From: a virus
Lineage: Duplodnaviria; Caudoviricetes
Length of the DNA stretch: 37,791 bases
Strand: one strand, 5' to 3'
IMG/VR virus record: IMGVR_UViG_3300022178_001201
Span: 1 to 37,791 of that record
Shown: positions 36,518-37,791 of the stretch, piece after piece
Layout of the letters: the number at the start of each line of letters is the position of its first letter
Position numbering within the stretch: the first letter of the stretch is position 1
Position numbers and translations under genes: made by a program
The notes under the pieces: model-generated
The model's input: only the letters and a program-made list of their open reading frames with translations
The model's database searches: none
What the model was told of the DNA's origin: nothing

Positions 36518-36793
36518 AACGGCTACATTGTCCAAGTAGGTGACACCCTTGCAAGTGCTAACCTTTGCACCCAGTGCACGCAAGCGCGATTTAGTGGTGA
36601 CGCTAGGCCACTTGCGCAACGTGTATTTGTTGACCATCACAAATCCGGTTTGACTGTTTACGTCAGCGATATGATTATTGTGTAGATACACTGCACAATT
36701 TACCCCGTCGATTGATGACACCGTGGTATTTGATCCGTGCCATGTTGAACACGTTGAAACGGCGTTTAACATTTGAGTTTCGATTTTGCGCAT
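36515..36793 (-). CDS. Hypothetical early protein, 92 aa, bracketed by the repeats
   Basis: VYLHNNHIA...W.S.TTKSRL.AL; AGGA RBS lies in repeat copy 2. Confidence 0.78.
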   Translation of the reverse strand: MRKIETQMLNAVSTCSTWHGSNTTVSSIDGVNCAVYLHNNHIADVNSQTGFVMVNKYTLRKWPSVTTKSRLRALGAKVSTCKGVTYLDNVAV

Positions 36794-36867
36794 AAATTGT
36801 CCTAACGTTACAGTGAGCCAAAATTGACCCCGTAGCCCCTCAGCAAAGGGCTACAGTGGAAATCTTA
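36789..36867 (-). repeat. Stop-to-start intergenic repeat, copy 2 (79 bp)
   Basis: As copy 1, with a 17-bp variable hairpin. Confidence 0.95.
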
Positions 36868-37059
36868 GGGCTTGATTGGAGTTATTACTTTACCCATGTG
36901 ATCCGCTTGATCCAAGGCTTCGAATAAGCGATCAGCGAGTGCGTGCCAAACCTTTGAACCCAGTTCATGCACGCCCTCAAGCGAGACGGCCATTGCGCGG
37001 GCCTTTTGAGCGTTGGTGTGTAGGTCATTGCGCATAGTGTCGAATTGTGTGTTGTTCAT
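36865..37059 (-). CDS. Hypothetical early protein, 64 aa (MNNTQFDTMR...)
   Basis: Start moved to the ATG in the TAACATG junction. Confidence 0.65.
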   Translation of the reverse strand: MNNTQFDTMRNDLHTNAQKARAMAVSLEGVHELGSKVWHALADRLFEALDQADHMGKVITPIKP

Positions 37060-37060
37060 G

Positions 37061-37219
37061 TTATTTAGTCCCCATGATCCGCACGCGGTCAGTGCGTGCA
37101 AAGTAAAAAACGCGGTCAACGTTGACCAGTAGCGCGGTACGTGTGGACTGCTTCACGCACTCGTTGCCGTTACAAACAAAGCGAGTACCAATTGGGAGGG
37201 ATGCAAAAATTGTACTCAT
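37061..37219 (-). CDS. 52-aa protein (MSTIFASLPIGTRFVCNGN...; not in ORF track)
   Basis: Translated by hand. TAACATG junctions on both sides. Confidence 0.65.
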   Translation of the reverse strand: MSTIFASLPIGTRFVCNGNECVKQSTRTALLVNVDRVFYFARTDRVRIMGTK

Positions 37220-37220
37220 G

Positions 37221-37331
37221 TTACAGATTCCAAGATTGAGTTAAACAGTCGAAGTACGCAAGCATCAGGCAGAGACTAGCGGCTAACGTGATAGCCGTGA
37301 AAATCAGGGGGAGAGCGAGAGAGCGGATCAT
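37221..37331 (-). CDS. 36-aa single-TM peptide (MIRSLALPLIFTAITLAASLCLMLAYFDCL...; not in ORF track)
   Basis: Translated by hand. TAAGGT RBS; first gene of the leftward operon. Confidence 0.6.
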   Translation of the reverse strand: MIRSLALPLIFTAITLAASLCLMLAYFDCLTQSWNL

Positions 37332-37377
37332 TTTGTTTACCTTACGTTACATGGCGACTTTGCCATGAGTCCATTGT

Positions 37378-37765
37378 AACCCATTGGGTTGATGTTTTAC
37401 GGTTTAAACGATATAAGTTTCTATTGAACCCACTGGGTTGATTGATTATGACTATTCAGCCAGACTGTGACAATGTGACTTTATAAATGGATATGCGTTT
37501 TAGGAAAACTGGAAAATCAGTTCGTTTAAAAAAAGGTGTTTGAAATATAAACCGCGGGCGCGGAGGTTTTTTTGTCACGTTACCTCACTCGTTGTCACAA
37601 TTGAACCGAAAAGTGTTGTTTCTATGCAACATTTAGCCCAACGGGTTGAAACCCAACGGGTTAATGCAACCCAACGGGTTAATGCAACCCAATGGGTTAA
37701 ATGGGCTACTGTGACAACTGTGACTGAGGATTTTACTGTACATTTATACAGTGACCCATTGGGTT
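37378..37765. repeat. Cluster of AACCC-N3-GGGTT palindromes (7 here, 2 more at 76-88 and 110-122), including an 18-bp tandem triplet
   Basis: Copies start at 37378, 37427, 37635, 37650, 37668, 37686 and 37753. Confidence 0.92.
37734..37753. promoter_or_regulatory. LexA (SOS) box
   Basis: TACTGTACATTTATACAGTG matches CTGT-N8-ACAG, 17/20 identical to the consensus TACTGTATATATATACAGTA. Confidence 0.7.
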
Positions 37766-37791
37766 ATTGGATTAGGTGGTTGATATAACTC

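Larger units (their letters stand above)
1..37791. mobile_element. P22-like podovirus-type phage genome, apparently near-complete
   Basis: Packaging, head, neck, ejection, lysis and replication modules are all present. No host genes seen. The same palindromic motif occurs in the non-coding DNA at both ends. No terminal direct repeat seen. Confidence 0.93.

Noticed and set aside
36438-36867. Integron attC sites
   Set aside because: TAAC-GTTAGGA is present, but the RYYYAAC...GTTRRRY boxes do not enclose the hairpin and no integron integrase is encoded. G-U bias favours an RNA structure.
37635-37703. CRISPR array
   Set aside because: 13-bp palindromes with 2-5 bp gaps and no unique spacers; no cas operon.

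Overview
The window is a near-complete ~37.8 kb genome of a tailed, P22-like (podovirus-type) dsDNA phage. The host is probably a proteobacterium (inferred from a canonical LexA box and sigma70-like promoters). Left arm, + strand (183-23434): terS, terL, a short GroES, portal, a ferritin-like protein, an AT-rich three-gene tailspike cluster placed before scaffold and coat, P22-like neck and ejection proteins, and lysis genes. Right arm, mostly - strand: nin-like accessory genes, SNF2 helicase, VRR-NUC nuclease, a family-B DNA polymerase, DUF2815 SSB and DUF2800 nuclease. A divergent primase-polymerase/helicase and an early-type operon of about 10 tiny genes follow. I recognised no integrase, CI repressor, reverse transcriptase or CRISPR array. 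The most unusual signals are non-coding. (1) A ~95-nt tRNA-elbow mimic grafted onto a loop-E-containing stem lies between the SSB and polymerase genes, flanked by a 7-bp direct repeat. (2) An ~80-bp stop-to-start intergenic unit is duplicated in the early operon, with a hairpin that varies in sequence but not in structure. (3) The terminal control region holds nine AACCC-N3-GGGTT palindromes, GTGAC repeats and a near-consensus LexA box. All family assignments come from motifs recognised by eye; no database searches were run.
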